A DNA stretch of 58,488 bases, counting the filler, from Candidatus Hydrogenedentota bacterium (GTDB lineage: Bacteria > JBFMHD01): assembly GCA_040752395.1 (NCBI GenBank). It is 4 parts of 4 records of this genome, joined end to end, with 100 filler letters (N's around TTAATTAATTAA, not from the genome) between each part and the next. Parts side by side here need not be neighbours in the genome. Positions count along the whole stretch, not along the records: positions 1 to 10,635 come from JBFMHD010000089.1; positions 10,736 to 37,606 come from JBFMHD010000009.1; 2 more parts are not named here. One strand, written 5' to 3'. Shown one piece after another: positions 8,954 through 19,565 of this stretch. The notes beneath the pieces are model-generated. The model was not told the origin of the DNA and ran no database searches. It was given only the letters and a program-made list of their open reading frames with translations. The position numbers were made by a program, and so were the translations under genes. Within the stretch, counting starts at the first letter, position 1. Each line of letters opens with the position of its first letter.

Positions 8954-10390
8954 TTATATAAGGCTGACACCTGGTTCTATCCTCATTTTTCTTGCTATAC
9001 CTGTTTTTATACTGGTATCAGCGACTGCTCTTGCCACCTGTTCTACTACATCTTTATTAAATACGCTCGGGATAATGTATTCAGGGGAAAGCTCTTTCTC
9101 TTTTACGATTTTAGCGATCGCATAAGCAGCTGCTACTTTCATAGGTTCATTTATCTCACTTGCTCTTACTTTTAAAGCACCTTTAAACAAGCCTGGAAAA
9201 CAAAGCACGTTATTTATCTGATTCGGATAATCAGATCTGCCTGTTGCTACAATTTCAGCAGATTTCCAGGCTTCTTCTGGCATAATTTCAGGAACAGGGT
9301 TAGCAAGCGCGAAAACTATCGCATGTTTGTTCATTTTTTTTATGTCTTTTAGCGAAACAAGGCCTGGCCCGGATACGCCAATGAACACATCAGCACCTCT
9401 TAATGCTTCGGAAATGTTTCCCCGCGCATTATCAGGATTTGTCACTTTAGCAAACCATTCCCTATAGGGATCCAATTTTTCAGTCATTCCTCTATAAATA
9501 ATTCCTGCTCTGTCACAGCCAATAATATTTTTCACCCCAACCCTTCTTAATATTTTAGTACAGGCTATTCCTGCAGCACCTATACCAAGTATTGCAACTT
9601 TTATTTTTCTGATATCTTTTTTTACAATTTTTAAAGCATTATATAACGCTGCAAGTACGACTACTGCAGTGCCATGCTGGTCATCATGGAAAACAGGGAT
9701 ATCGAGTTCTTTCTTTAATCTATCCTCAATCTCGAAACATCGCGGGGCTGAGATATCTTCTAAATTAATACCACCAAAAGCTGTTGAAATCCTTTTTACA
9801 GTATTGACTATCTCCCCAACATCTTTTGTATTTAAACAGATTGGAAACGCATCAACGCCACCAAACTCTTTAAATAACTGGGCTTTACCCTCCATCACGG
9901 GTAAAGCGGCCTCGGGCCCTATATCACCCAACCCAAGAACCGCACTCCCATCAGTAACAACAGCGACTGTATTTTTCTTTATAGTCAGCTGAAAAATTTT
10001 TCTTTTATCCTCTGCTATAGCATTACAAACACGTGCAACGCCAGGAGTATATGCCATAGAGAGCTGTGCCCTTGTTCTTAACGGCACTTTAGAGATAACC
10101 TCGAGTTTGCCACCAAGATGTAAAAGAAATGTTCTATCTGAAACATTTATTATCTCAAAACCTTTTAGTTTCATTAATGCAGAGACTATCTCCTGTTCGT
10201 GTTTATTAGACGTTGCTTCGATAGTAACATCTCTTGTAAAAAAATCTCGCCGCGCTTCTATTAAATCGACCGCCCCAAGACTGCCACCTGCTTTACTTAT
10301 AGCAGTCGCTAATTTAGCAAACATCCCAATCTTATTAGGTATCTTAACCCTTATTGTAAAACTATAACTCGCACTTGGACTTATTGGCAT
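8954..10390 (-). CDS. NAD(P)-dependent malic enzyme with N-terminal ACT domain
   Basis: AYTPGVA, LPVMEGKA, NLEDISAPRCF, FHDDQHGTA, ATGRSDYPNQINN. Confidence 0.95.
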   Translation of the reverse strand: MPISPSASYSFTIRVKIPNKIGMFAKLATAISKAGGSLGAVDLIEARRDFFTRDVTIEATSNKHEQEIVSALMKLKGFEIINVSDRTFLLHLGGKLEVISKVPLRTRAQLSMAYTPGVARVCNAIAEDKRKIFQLTIKKNTVAVVTDGSAVLGLGDIGPEAALPVMEGKAQLFKEFGGVDAFPICLNTKDVGEIVNTVKRISTAFGGINLEDISAPRCFEIEDRLKKELDIPVFHDDQHGTAVVVLAALYNALKIVKKDIRKIKVAILGIGAAGIACTKILRRVGVKNIIGCDRAGIIYRGMTEKLDPYREWFAKVTNPDNARGNISEALRGADVFIGVSGPGLVSLKDIKKMNKHAIVFALANPVPEIMPEEAWKSAEIVATGRSDYPNQINNVLCFPGLFKGALKVRASEINEPMKVAAAYAIAKIVKEKELSPEYIIPSVFNKDVVEQVARAVADTSIKTGIARKMRIEPGVSLI

Positions 10391-10394
10391 AAAA

Positions 10395-10635
10395 ACCTCC
10401 TGGTTTCCTGTCTCCTGGCTTCAGGCTCCAGGCTACGGGCCACTGGCCCCAGCCGGCTGGAGCCCGAAGCCAACTTATCATCTCCTCTGAAAAACATTGT
10501 AACTCTATTAATCAGGCTTCAGACCCCAGGCTACGGGCTACAGCCGGCTGAAGCCTATAGTCTGTAGCCTGAAACCAACATCCTTTAAAAATTCAGAATG
10601 CGGAAATCTGTAGTCAGCAGCCAGAATTTAGAACG
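10395..10635. repeat. SD-anchored element with GGCTAC/GAAGCC heptamers at the contig end
   Basis: CTCCTCTGAAAAACATTGTAACTCT at 10482; CAGCCGGCTG palindromic cores. Confidence 0.8.
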
Positions 10636-10735
10636 NNNNNNNNNNNNNNNNNNNNNNNNNNNNNNNNNNNNNNNNNNNNTTAATTAATTAANNNNNNNNN
10701 NNNNNNNNNNNNNNNNNNNNNNNNNNNNNNNNNNN
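10636..10735. other. Artificial contig-joining linker
   Basis: N44-TTAATTAATTAA-N44, which has stops in all six frames. Confidence 0.97.
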
Positions 10736-11957
10736 AGAAGAAAAATTTTATTTTAATCATTTTAAAGCTACGCTACAGTCTTACCGAAATTTGTATTCTA
10801 ATGAAACAGTGCGGGAAGCTATGGATGATTATTTTTTTTATTATTTTGAAGATAATAAAATAATAAGCAATTTAACCACTGGCGAATTAACCGATGTCGA
10901 TTTAATCATTAAATATTTAAAGGAAAAAAAGATTAAAACAATAGTGATTACTAAAAATATCAATCCGGTTCTTTTGTATGTTTTCAGAGCGCTGAATCTT
11001 ATTATTATATCTTTCGGTTATATAAAAGATCTCGATGAAATAGTAGATATTTTTATAGATCCATTGCTGCCACCGGATTATAGATATTTCTCTGGTAAAA
11101 AGTATCTTCTTGTATCTGCTCTAAATCAGGAATTGGTAGAATTTGTTGAAAAAGGGTATAATCAAAGATTTGAAGATATAATCTTAGAAACGAGATTATT
11201 AGAATCAGATATAGATGACATCCCTGAAATTATTCGTTTAGTCAGAAAACTTGAATGGGATTCAAATTTTTTCGGGTTTAATGTCGGATATTTAAGTTGT
11301 TTAAAATTAACAGAGACCATAGCTGAATATGTCGAAAGCTATTGTAAAAAAGAAAAAATAAGGGTTCTTGAATATTTGTGTAATTGTCATGACAGAAGGA
11401 GTGTACGGATAGCCGAGAAATTTGGTTATAATTTTGTAGATATAAGATTGACATATGAAAATAATATAACAAATTTCAATTTAATGGTTGAATTGGGTTC
11501 AGGTTATAGTGTGTCAAAAGGTGAAAGAAAGGATGTTTCCCACTTACGCAGCATAGCATCAAAGAGTTATCTTGATAGCAGATATTATTATGACGTGAAT
11601 TTCCCCGTAGATAAAGTAAGTGAATTTTATCAGAGCTGGGTAGAGAAAGCGGTCTACGGTAGTTTTGATGATTTTGCTTATGTATTATATTATAATAAAG
11701 AACCCGTCGGTTTTTGCACTATAAAGATATTAAAAGATAACCGGGCAAGAATAGGGATAGTTGGTATTTCTGAAAAATATAGTGGCCGGGGGCTTGGCAG
11801 ACAATTACTTATTTACTCTCTAAATAATTTAAAAGACAAAGGGATAAAAAATGTTTTAGTAGTTACACAGGGAAGAAATTATGCTGCTCAAAGATTATAT
11901 CAGCGCGTAGGTTTTATAACTAAATCAACAGAACTCTGGTATCATAAATGGTTTTAA
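10736..11957 (+). CDS. GNAT acetyltransferase with a WecD/RffC-like C-terminal region (5' end lies at 232, minus strand)
   Basis: LEWDSNFFG, SGRGLG, VVTQGRNYAAQRLYQRVGF. Confidence 0.85.
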
Positions 11958-12949
11958 AATCACAGATTAAAGTTCTTATTGATACATATCCGTTTTCAGT
12001 AACATCACCTACCCCATTAGAAACGCTAAAAAAAGCCAACTGTGAGATTATAAATCCAGCTGCAACAAAAAAGATAAAATTAAATCGTGATGAGATTAAA
12101 AAATATATAAAAGATGTAGATGCAGTCATTGCAGGAACTGAAAAGTATGATGATGAGATATTAAGGGAAGCTAATAAATTGAAGGTCATCTCGCGTGTTG
12201 GCGTTGGAATAGATAATATTGATTTCAAAGCCACCAATAGAAAAAATATCGCTGTTTACACTACACCTGATGCACCATCGCTCGCAGTCGCAGAATTAAC
12301 CATAGGATTAATTATTAATTGTGCACGTCAGGTCTTAAATGCAGATAGAAAAATGCGCCAAAAAAAATGGCATAGATATATAGGTCTGGATTTAGAAGAT
12401 AGAGTATGTGGCGTCATCGGTATCGGACGTATAGGCAAAAATGTGGTTAGACTTCTGCAACCCTTCAATATGAAAATATTAGTTAATGATATAAAACCTG
12501 ATTATGAATTCATAAAAAAATACAACGTAAAATTAACTGATAAAAGTACTATTTATAAAAAATCTGATATCATTACTCTACATATCCCATTAACAAGATA
12601 TACAGATAATTTAATAAATAAAAAATCATTACAGAAGATGAAAAAGAGATGTATTTTTATTAATACTTCACGTGGCAGCATAGTTAATGAAAATGATTTA
12701 TTTATTCATCTCAAAAGAAATAAAGAATTTTATGCAGCTTTAGATGTTTATGAAAGAGAGCCATATTATGGCGATTTAAGAAAATTAGAAAACATAATTT
12801 TAACACCGCATCTTGGTTCTTGTTCGGAAAAGAGTAGATCAGGGATGGAGCTGACTGCTGTTTTAAATATTATAAATTATTTTAAACACAATTCCAGCCA
12901 TCCACACCAATCCAGCAGAGATCGTGCAGGTGTAGCACAGCAACGGTAG
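11948..12949 (+). CDS. D-isomer-specific 2-hydroxyacid dehydrogenase (PGDH-like)
   Basis: SRVGVGIDNID, GIGRIG, INTSRG, LDVYEREP, TPHLGS. Confidence 0.9.
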   Translation: MVLKSQIKVLIDTYPFSVTSPTPLETLKKANCEIINPAATKKIKLNRDEIKKYIKDVDAVIAGTEKYDDEILREANKLKVISRVGVGIDNIDFKATNRKNIAVYTTPDAPSLAVAELTIGLIINCARQVLNADRKMRQKKWHRYIGLDLEDRVCGVIGIGRIGKNVVRLLQPFNMKILVNDIKPDYEFIKKYNVKLTDKSTIYKKSDIITLHIPLTRYTDNLINKKSLQKMKKRCIFINTSRGSIVNENDLFIHLKRNKEFYAALDVYEREPYYGDLRKLENIILTPHLGSCSEKSRSGMELTAVLNIINYFKHNSSHPHQSSRDRAGVAQQR

Positions 12950-12968
12950 CACATTTAGAGAGGCGACT

Positions 12969-15068
12969 ATGAAGAGAGTTGGTTTTATACAGGCAAGGAT
13001 GGGGTCCTCAAGGCTCCCTGGCAAAGTTTTGAAAAAAGTTGGTGATGCTACCTTGCTGGAGATACTGATTGATAGGGTATCTCAAAGTAAGTCTCTTGAT
13101 GAGATTGTTATCTTAACAACAGGCCGACCTGATGATGATCCTATATATAATCTTTGTGAAAATAGACGTATTAGATGCTGCCGAGGTTCACAACGCGATG
13201 TCCTTGATAGATTTTATAGAGGAGCCACTGAAATAAAGGCTGATTTAATAGTAAGAATAACAGCAGATTGCCCATTAATAGACCCTGCAGTGATTGATAG
13301 AGTGGTCAATAAATATCTGGAATCAAAAAATTATGATTTTGTTGCTAATACAGTACCGCCACCAGGTACATTCCCAGATGGTATGGATGTAGAAGTTTTT
13401 TCGTTTAATGTACTTGAGAAGGTCTGGAAAGAGGCAACGAGATTTTCAGATAGAGAACATGTAACTTTTTATATCTGGAAAAATCCAGGACTATTTAAAA
13501 TCTATAGGGTCGATAATGACAGGGATTTATCGTTGTATAGATTAACTGTTGATTATGAGGAAGATTTTAAATTAATTAAAGTACTATTAAATATTTTGAA
13601 AGAAAATGATAAATTTGGTAGCCTCAACGAACTTATTGAAATCATTGATAAATACCCAGAATTAAAGAAGTTGAATCAGAAATATAAATCTGGTGAAGGC
13701 TGGAAGCCAGCTTTAGCTAAAGATAAATTACTAAAAAAGAAATCTTTTGCAAGAGCCGAACCATTAAACCGGCGACTGGGGAATAGATCCTGGAGAAAAG
13801 CAATAAAACTTATTCCTGGCGGTGCTCAAACTTTTTCCAAGGGACCAGGTCAATATGTTGACGGTGTGGCACCGAAAATGTTACATCGTGGTATAGGCTG
13901 CCGAGTATGGGACATAGATGGGAATGAGTTTATAGATTATGTTTTAGGATTGGGACCGATAATTCTTGGTCATTCAAACAAAGAGGTCAATGATGCGGTC
14001 TTTTCTTGTGCAGACGATTTATTTGTTGCACCCTCACTACCACATACTTTAGAGACTAAACTTTCAGAAAAATTAGTAAAACTTATACCGTGTGCTGAGA
14101 TGGTTAAATTTGGCAAGAACGGTTCTGACGTAACTGCTGGCGCGGTCCGTTTAGCAAGAGCCATAACAAAACGAAACGTAATCGCCTGTTGCGGATATCA
14201 TGGCTGGCAGGATTGGTACATAGGTTCAACAACAAGAAATCTCGGTGTCCCTCAATGTATTAGAAAACTTACTATACCATTTCAGTATAATAATATTGAA
14301 AGTATTGAAAAAATATTTAAAGATAAAAAAGATAATGTTGCATGTGTAATAATTGAACCTGTTACATTTTATCCACCCAAAAATGATTTTTTACACAGAT
14401 TAAGAGATTTATGTAATAAACATAAAACAATCTTAATATTTGATGAAATTATCACTGGTTTCAGGGCGCATATTGGCGGAGCACAGAGCTTGTTTGGTGT
14501 CAAACCTGATTTAGCTACTTTTGGTAAGGCGATGGCTAATGGTTATCCGATCTCAGCGATTTGTGGCAAAGCTTTGTATATGAGAAGATTCAAGGATGTC
14601 TTCTTCTCATTTACATTTGGCGGTGAACTACCTGCTATATCAGCAGCTATCACTACGATTGATATATTAGAAAGAGATAATGTTCTCTGGCATATTAATC
14701 AGATGGGAGAGAGATTTATTAAAGGATACAGAGACATAAAAAAGGATTTAGATATATCGTTTACCAATATAATTGGGTATGGATGGTGGCCTGAGTATGA
14801 GTTTAAACCTACCCACGGATATACTTCTCGTGAAATCTTGACCTTATTTCAGCAGGAGTTAGTAAAGCGCGGCATACTTACAAGACCCGCACCATTTATT
14901 TCATTCGCACATAAAGGATCAGATATCCATGAAACCCTGACAGCTATGGCTCAGGCTTTAGCAGTTGTAAAATACGCAGTTACAAAGAAAAAATTAAAGA
15001 AATTATTAGAAGGCAGAATAATTCAGCCTGTTATCCGGGCAAAAGAGGAGATGACAAAAAAACAATGA
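12969..15068 (+). CDS. SpsF-like cytidylyltransferase fused to a class III (GSA-like) aminotransferase
   Basis: QARMGSSRLPGK…RITADCP…REHVT, then IPGGAQTFSK, YHGWQDW, FDEIITGFR, TFGKAMANG. Confidence 0.9.
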   Translation: MKRVGFIQARMGSSRLPGKVLKKVGDATLLEILIDRVSQSKSLDEIVILTTGRPDDDPIYNLCENRRIRCCRGSQRDVLDRFYRGATEIKADLIVRITADCPLIDPAVIDRVVNKYLESKNYDFVANTVPPPGTFPDGMDVEVFSFNVLEKVWKEATRFSDREHVTFYIWKNPGLFKIYRVDNDRDLSLYRLTVDYEEDFKLIKVLLNILKENDKFGSLNELIEIIDKYPELKKLNQKYKSGEGWKPALAKDKLLKKKSFARAEPLNRRLGNRSWRKAIKLIPGGAQTFSKGPGQYVDGVAPKMLHRGIGCRVWDIDGNEFIDYVLGLGPIILGHSNKEVNDAVFSCADDLFVAPSLPHTLETKLSEKLVKLIPCAEMVKFGKNGSDVTAGAVRLARAITKRNVIACCGYHGWQDWYIGSTTRNLGVPQCIRKLTIPFQYNNIESIEKIFKDKKDNVACVIIEPVTFYPPKNDFLHRLRDLCNKHKTILIFDEIITGFRAHIGGAQSLFGVKPDLATFGKAMANGYPISAICGKALYMRRFKDVFFSFTFGGELPAISAAITTIDILERDNVLWHINQMGERFIKGYRDIKKDLDISFTNIIGYGWWPEYEFKPTHGYTSREILTLFQQELVKRGILTRPAPFISFAHKGSDIHETLTAMAQALAVVKYAVTKKKLKKLLEGRIIQPVIRAKEEMTKKQ

Positions 15069-16198
15069 GATACTGCACTAAATGTGTTCTGCCGGAAACT
15101 CATGAAACCATAATGTTTGATAAAGAGGGTGTGTGTAATATCTGTAGACAGCATGAATATAAAAAAGAGAAGATCGATTGGGAGAAGAGAGAAAAAGAAC
15201 TTGTTAAACTTATTGATACATATAGAGGCACGGGTCAATATGATTGTCTGATACCTTTTAGTGGTGGGAAAGATAGTACATTTACAGTTTATTATTTGGT
15301 TACAAAATATAAGGTTAAGCCGCTTGTTATATCATTTGATCATGGTTTTTTTAGACCTAATTGTTTAAAAAACAACACAAAGACATTACGGAGATTAGGG
15401 GTAGATTTTTTAAAATTTACGCCTGATTGGAAAGTTATCAAAAAAACAATGCTTGAATCATTAAAGAGAAAGGGTGATTTTTGCTGGCATTGTCACACAG
15501 GTATTTTTGCCTATCCTATGCAGGTCGCTATAAAATATAAAATACCGCTTATATTCTGGGGTGAACATAGCGCTGAATATACCGCATATTTTAGCTATGA
15601 AACAGAGGACGAGGTTGATGAAAAAAGATTTAATCGCTGGGTCAATTTAGGAATAACTGCTGAGGATATGGTAGGGTTTCTTGATGGCTCAGTCACATTA
15701 AAAGACCTCGAACCATTCAAATATCCGTCTCTAAAAGAATTACGAGCGATAAATTACAGGTCTGTTTGTCTTGGGACATATATACCCTGGGACGTGAAAA
15801 AACAGGCTCAAATTATAAGACAGGAACTTGGCTGGCAGGGTGATGATGTTGAAGGCAGGCCGCCAGAATACTGGTACGAAAAAATAGAATGTATGATGCA
15901 GGGTGTAAGAGACTATCTGAGATTTATCAAACGTGGTTATGGAAGGACTGCACATCTTGTAACACTTGATATTAGAAACAGCAGGATCACTCGTTGTGAT
16001 GGACTTAAATTAGTGGAACAATATGATGGTAAACGGCCGGAAAGCCTTGATGTTTTTTTAAAATATGTAGGTATAACAGAAGATGAATTTATGGATATAG
16101 CATTGAGTCATATTATCAGTCCGCACATACCTGATTTAACTAAAATAAAACACGGACCTAAATTACATGACCAGGATGAATGGTGGGTTCCTGAATGA
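15065..16198 (+). CDS. N-acetyl sugar amidotransferase (WbuX/PseA-like, PP-loop)
   Basis: CTKC…CNIC, SGGKDS PP-loop, KRGYGR; followed by hisH/hisF-like genes. Confidence 0.9.
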   Translation: MRYCTKCVLPETHETIMFDKEGVCNICRQHEYKKEKIDWEKREKELVKLIDTYRGTGQYDCLIPFSGGKDSTFTVYYLVTKYKVKPLVISFDHGFFRPNCLKNNTKTLRRLGVDFLKFTPDWKVIKKTMLESLKRKGDFCWHCHTGIFAYPMQVAIKYKIPLIFWGEHSAEYTAYFSYETEDEVDEKRFNRWVNLGITAEDMVGFLDGSVTLKDLEPFKYPSLKELRAINYRSVCLGTYIPWDVKKQAQIIRQELGWQGDDVEGRPPEYWYEKIECMMQGVRDYLRFIKRGYGRTAHLVTLDIRNSRITRCDGLKLVEQYDGKRPESLDVFLKYVGITEDEFMDIALSHIISPHIPDLTKIKHGPKLHDQDEWWVPE

Positions 16199-16827
16199 AA
16201 AAATTGGACTCCCCTTTAATTGTTGTAGTTGATTATGGGATGGGGAATTTAAGGTCTGTTGCTAAATCAATTGAGGCAGTTGGAGGGAGCGTAATTGTTT
16301 CAAATAAAAGAGAGGAGATTAAAAACGCTGATAAAATAGTACTGCCCGGGGTAGGTGCCTTTGCAGAGGGGATGAATAATTTGAATAAACTCGGGGTAAT
16401 AGAGACTTTATATGAAGAGGTGAAATTAAAGAAAAAACCGTTTTTAGGGATTTGTCTCGGCATGCAGTTACTTGCTACTGAAAGTTATGAACATGGGATC
16501 TATAAAGGACTTAACTGGATTTCAGGTAAAGTAAAGTTGCTTGGAGCAGATGGAATAAAGGTCAAAATACCTCATATTGGATGGGATGACGTTAAGATTA
16601 TAAAAAAACATAAAATCTTCAATACTTTTAGTGAGAACACTATATTTTATTTTGTTCATTCATACTATTTTGAGTGCGATGACAAAGAATTCGTTATAGC
16701 AACCTGTAATTATGGTATAGAGTTCCCGGCAGCTATTTGTAGAGACACTATTATGGCCACCCAATTTCATCCTGAAAAAAGTCAAAGTTCAGGATTAAAA
16801 TTATTACGTAATTTTATAAATGCTTAA
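16195..16827 (+). CDS. HisH-like glutamine amidotransferase (WbuY-like)
   Basis: LPGVGAF, GICLGMQ, FVHSY, QFHPEKS. Confidence 0.92.
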   Translation: MKKLDSPLIVVVDYGMGNLRSVAKSIEAVGGSVIVSNKREEIKNADKIVLPGVGAFAEGMNNLNKLGVIETLYEEVKLKKKPFLGICLGMQLLATESYEHGIYKGLNWISGKVKLLGADGIKVKIPHIGWDDVKIIKKHKIFNTFSENTIFYFVHSYYFECDDKEFVIATCNYGIEFPAAICRDTIMATQFHPEKSQSSGLKLLRNFINA

Positions 16828-17587
16828 AAAAAGATTAATACCTGTACTTCTGTTAAAGAACGGCAGAATGATTAAGACGATACAGTTTGAAAAATGGCGT
16901 GACGTAGGACATCCTATAACAGCTGCTAAAATATACGATGCTCAGGGAGCTGATGAATTAATTTTTCTTGATATAAGTGCAAGTAACGAGAATCGTGAGA
17001 TATTGTTTGATATAATTAGTACTGTTGCTGAGGAATGTTTTATGCCGCTTACTGTTGGCGGTGGTGTTCGAACAATAGAGGATATACGAAGGCTTTTATC
17101 CTCCGGAGCCGATAAAGTCTCTATTAATACACAAGCAGTTGAGTGCCCGGAGTTTATAAAAGAAGCGGCTTTAAATTTTGGGTCTGCAAATATTGTGGTT
17201 TCTATTGATGTCAGGATAAAAGAAAATGGGAACTATGAGGTCTATACGCACAGCGGTAAAAAAGCCACGGGTCTAAATGCTATTGACTGGGCTGTTACTA
17301 TGGCTAAATATGGTGCAGGTGAGATATTAATTACATCTATTGATAGAGAGGGAACAATGCAAGGATATGACTTAAAACTCATAAGCTCTATTGCTGATAA
17401 TGTGAATGTTTCGACGATAGCTCATGGCGGTGCCGGAACTTTACAACATTTTGTTGAAGCAATTAAAATAGGGAATGCATCTGCAGTAGCTGCCGGTAGT
17501 ATCTTTCATTTTACTGATCAAAATTTAATCAAGGCAAGAACTTATATGAAAGAAGCAAATATCGATGTTAAAACAGTATGGGATTGA
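16820..17587 (+). CDS. HisF-like cyclase-fold subunit (WbuZ-like)
   Basis: KRLIPVLL, GADELIFLDI, PLTVGGG, SIDREGT. Confidence 0.92.
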   Translation: MLKKRLIPVLLLKNGRMIKTIQFEKWRDVGHPITAAKIYDAQGADELIFLDISASNENREILFDIISTVAEECFMPLTVGGGVRTIEDIRRLLSSGADKVSINTQAVECPEFIKEAALNFGSANIVVSIDVRIKENGNYEVYTHSGKKATGLNAIDWAVTMAKYGAGEILITSIDREGTMQGYDLKLISSIADNVNVSTIAHGGAGTLQHFVEAIKIGNASAVAAGSIFHFTDQNLIKARTYMKEANIDVKTVWD

Positions 17588-17590
17588 ATT

Positions 17591-18133
17591 ATGATAAAGC
17601 ATTACATAGAGGGTAAACGAATATATTTACGTAATGTAACATTGAGTGATGTAACTGATAGATATTGTTCCTGGATGAATGATGAACAAGTCGTTCAATA
17701 CCTTGAGAGTAGATTTTCTAAATATACAAAAAAAGATTTAATTTTATATGTAAAAAAGATAGCCGCTAATCCTGATATATTATTTTTAGCAATAATTGTT
17801 AAAAAGGGTAATCTACATATAGGTAATGTGAAACTAGGGCCTATAAACAGAATGCATTTTTTTGCTGATATGGGGATTATGATAGGGGATAAACGACATT
17901 GGGGTAAGGGATATGCAACAGAGACAATCAAACTTATAGTTAATTATGCGTTTAAAAAATTAAACCTTCATAAAATAACTGCTGGTATATACGATGTGAA
18001 CGTTGGTTCAGAAAAAGTATTTTTAAAAGCAGGGTTTCGCAAAGAAGGCGTCTTGAAGAAACATTATTTATATAAAAATAAATTTATAGATGGCACTTTA
18101 TGGGGAATAATTAATAAAAATTTTAAAAGATGA
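17591..18133 (+). CDS. RimJ/PseH-like GNAT N-acetyltransferase
   Basis: HIGNVKLG, WGKGYATE, FLKAGF. Confidence 0.85.
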   Translation: MIKHYIEGKRIYLRNVTLSDVTDRYCSWMNDEQVVQYLESRFSKYTKKDLILYVKKIAANPDILFLAIIVKKGNLHIGNVKLGPINRMHFFADMGIMIGDKRHWGKGYATETIKLIVNYAFKKLNLHKITAGIYDVNVGSEKVFLKAGFRKEGVLKKHYLYKNKFIDGTLWGIINKNFKR

Positions 18134-18134
18134 T

Positions 18135-19556
18135 ATGAAATTACTTTTTATAAATCTTTGCATCAGAGAAAGTTGTAAACCGATACCGCCTGTTGGACTT
18201 GGCTATATAATGACCTCAGTTCATAGAGCAGGTTGGAAGTTTGATTTTATTGATATAGACCTTTACAGAATCAAAGAAAATGAGATAAAGAGCATTCTTT
18301 ATAAAGAGAGATACGATGTTATTGCTATGGGATGTATTGTTACAGGCTACAAGTATGTGAAAGAGATGTGTGATTTAATAAAAGATGCGAGAGAAGATAC
18401 AATTATTATTGTTGGTAATACTGTTGCTTCCTCTATACCGCACATTTTACTTAATAAAACAAAAGCAGATATAGCGGTTATGGGAGAGGGAGATATCACT
18501 ATAATTGAATTACTTGATGCTATTAAGTGTAAAAGAGATTTAGGTAATGTTAAGGGGATATGTTATAGAGATGGTTATAAGATTGTAAAAACAGAAGAAA
18601 GAGCGGTAATTAAAAATATAGATGAGATACCATCTGTAAACTGGGATTTATTTGATATCGAAAAATATCTTGAAATAAGTAAGTTTAACACCGCTAAACC
18701 ATATCCAATAGAATTTGATAAGATTAGAATGATGCCATTAAATGTTGCACGCGGATGTGCATTTAAGTGTACATTTTGTTATCATGCTTTTAAAGGGAAA
18801 AAGTATCGTGTCCGCTCGCCAGAAGTGGTTATAAAAGAGATGGAGAGTTTAAAAATAAAATATAATGTAAACATAATCTGTTTCTGGGATGAATTGACTT
18901 TTTATTCAAAAAAACAGTGTGAGGAATTTGTGGATTGTATTATAAAAGCAGATTTGGGTATCTATTATACAGCCTGCTGCAGACCCAACCTCTTTAATGA
19001 AGATGATTATGAACTTGCTTTAAAATTAAAAGAATCAGGTTGTTATGGGCTTGAATTCTCCCTTGAATCAGCTGATCCAGAGATATTAAAAGCTATGAAA
19101 AAAGGAACAAACGCAGATGATTTTAAAAGACAGACTATGGTGTTACAGAAAGCAGGGATTATATGCTGGACGAGCCTTGTTATAGGATATCCGCAGGAAA
19201 CAGAAGAAACTATTAGAAAAACCTATGAATGTTGCTTAGAATGTAATATATATCCAAGCACAGGTTATTTGCTGCCACAACCTGGTACACCAATGTATGA
19301 TTATGCAAAGGAGCGTGGTATAATAACAGATGAAGAGCAATATTTACTTTTATCAGGTGATAGACAGGATTTACGAATAAATCTTACTAATATCTCAGAC
19401 GAAAAATTAAAAGAGACTGTAAAATATTACTGCAAGATAGTAGCTGATAAACTGAACTTAGGGTTAGACGAAAAAAAACTTATTAAAACAGATGGCGCTT
19501 TTATCGGGATTAAATCCGAACAAAAAAGCTCACCTGCCCGAGCGAAACGAGGGTAA
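18135..19556 (+). CDS. B12-binding radical SAM protein
   Basis: PPVGLGY, GEGD, RGCAFKCTFC, PGTPMY. Confidence 0.9.
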   Translation: MKLLFINLCIRESCKPIPPVGLGYIMTSVHRAGWKFDFIDIDLYRIKENEIKSILYKERYDVIAMGCIVTGYKYVKEMCDLIKDAREDTIIIVGNTVASSIPHILLNKTKADIAVMGEGDITIIELLDAIKCKRDLGNVKGICYRDGYKIVKTEERAVIKNIDEIPSVNWDLFDIEKYLEISKFNTAKPYPIEFDKIRMMPLNVARGCAFKCTFCYHAFKGKKYRVRSPEVVIKEMESLKIKYNVNIICFWDELTFYSKKQCEEFVDCIIKADLGIYYTACCRPNLFNEDDYELALKLKESGCYGLEFSLESADPEILKAMKKGTNADDFKRQTMVLQKAGIICWTSLVIGYPQETEETIRKTYECCLECNIYPSTGYLLPQPGTPMYDYAKERGIITDEEQYLLLSGDRQDLRINLTNISDEKLKETVKYYCKIVADKLNLGLDEKKLIKTDGAFIGIKSEQKSSPARAKRG

Positions 19557-19565
19557 AGATAAAAT

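Noticed and set aside
1-10926. 191-bp inverted repeat read as the ends of an invertible segment
   Set aside because: The copies sit at the window start and a contig start and split one gene; a contig overlap is the simpler explanation and no invertase is present.
11948-15068. serA and hemL housekeeping calls
   Set aside because: The dehydrogenase lacks an ACT domain and the aminotransferase is fused to a cytidylyltransferase; context indicates glycan synthesis.
16195-17587. Histidine biosynthesis hisH/hisF
   Set aside because: Coupled to a WbuX-like amidotransferase in a glycan operon; no other his genes.
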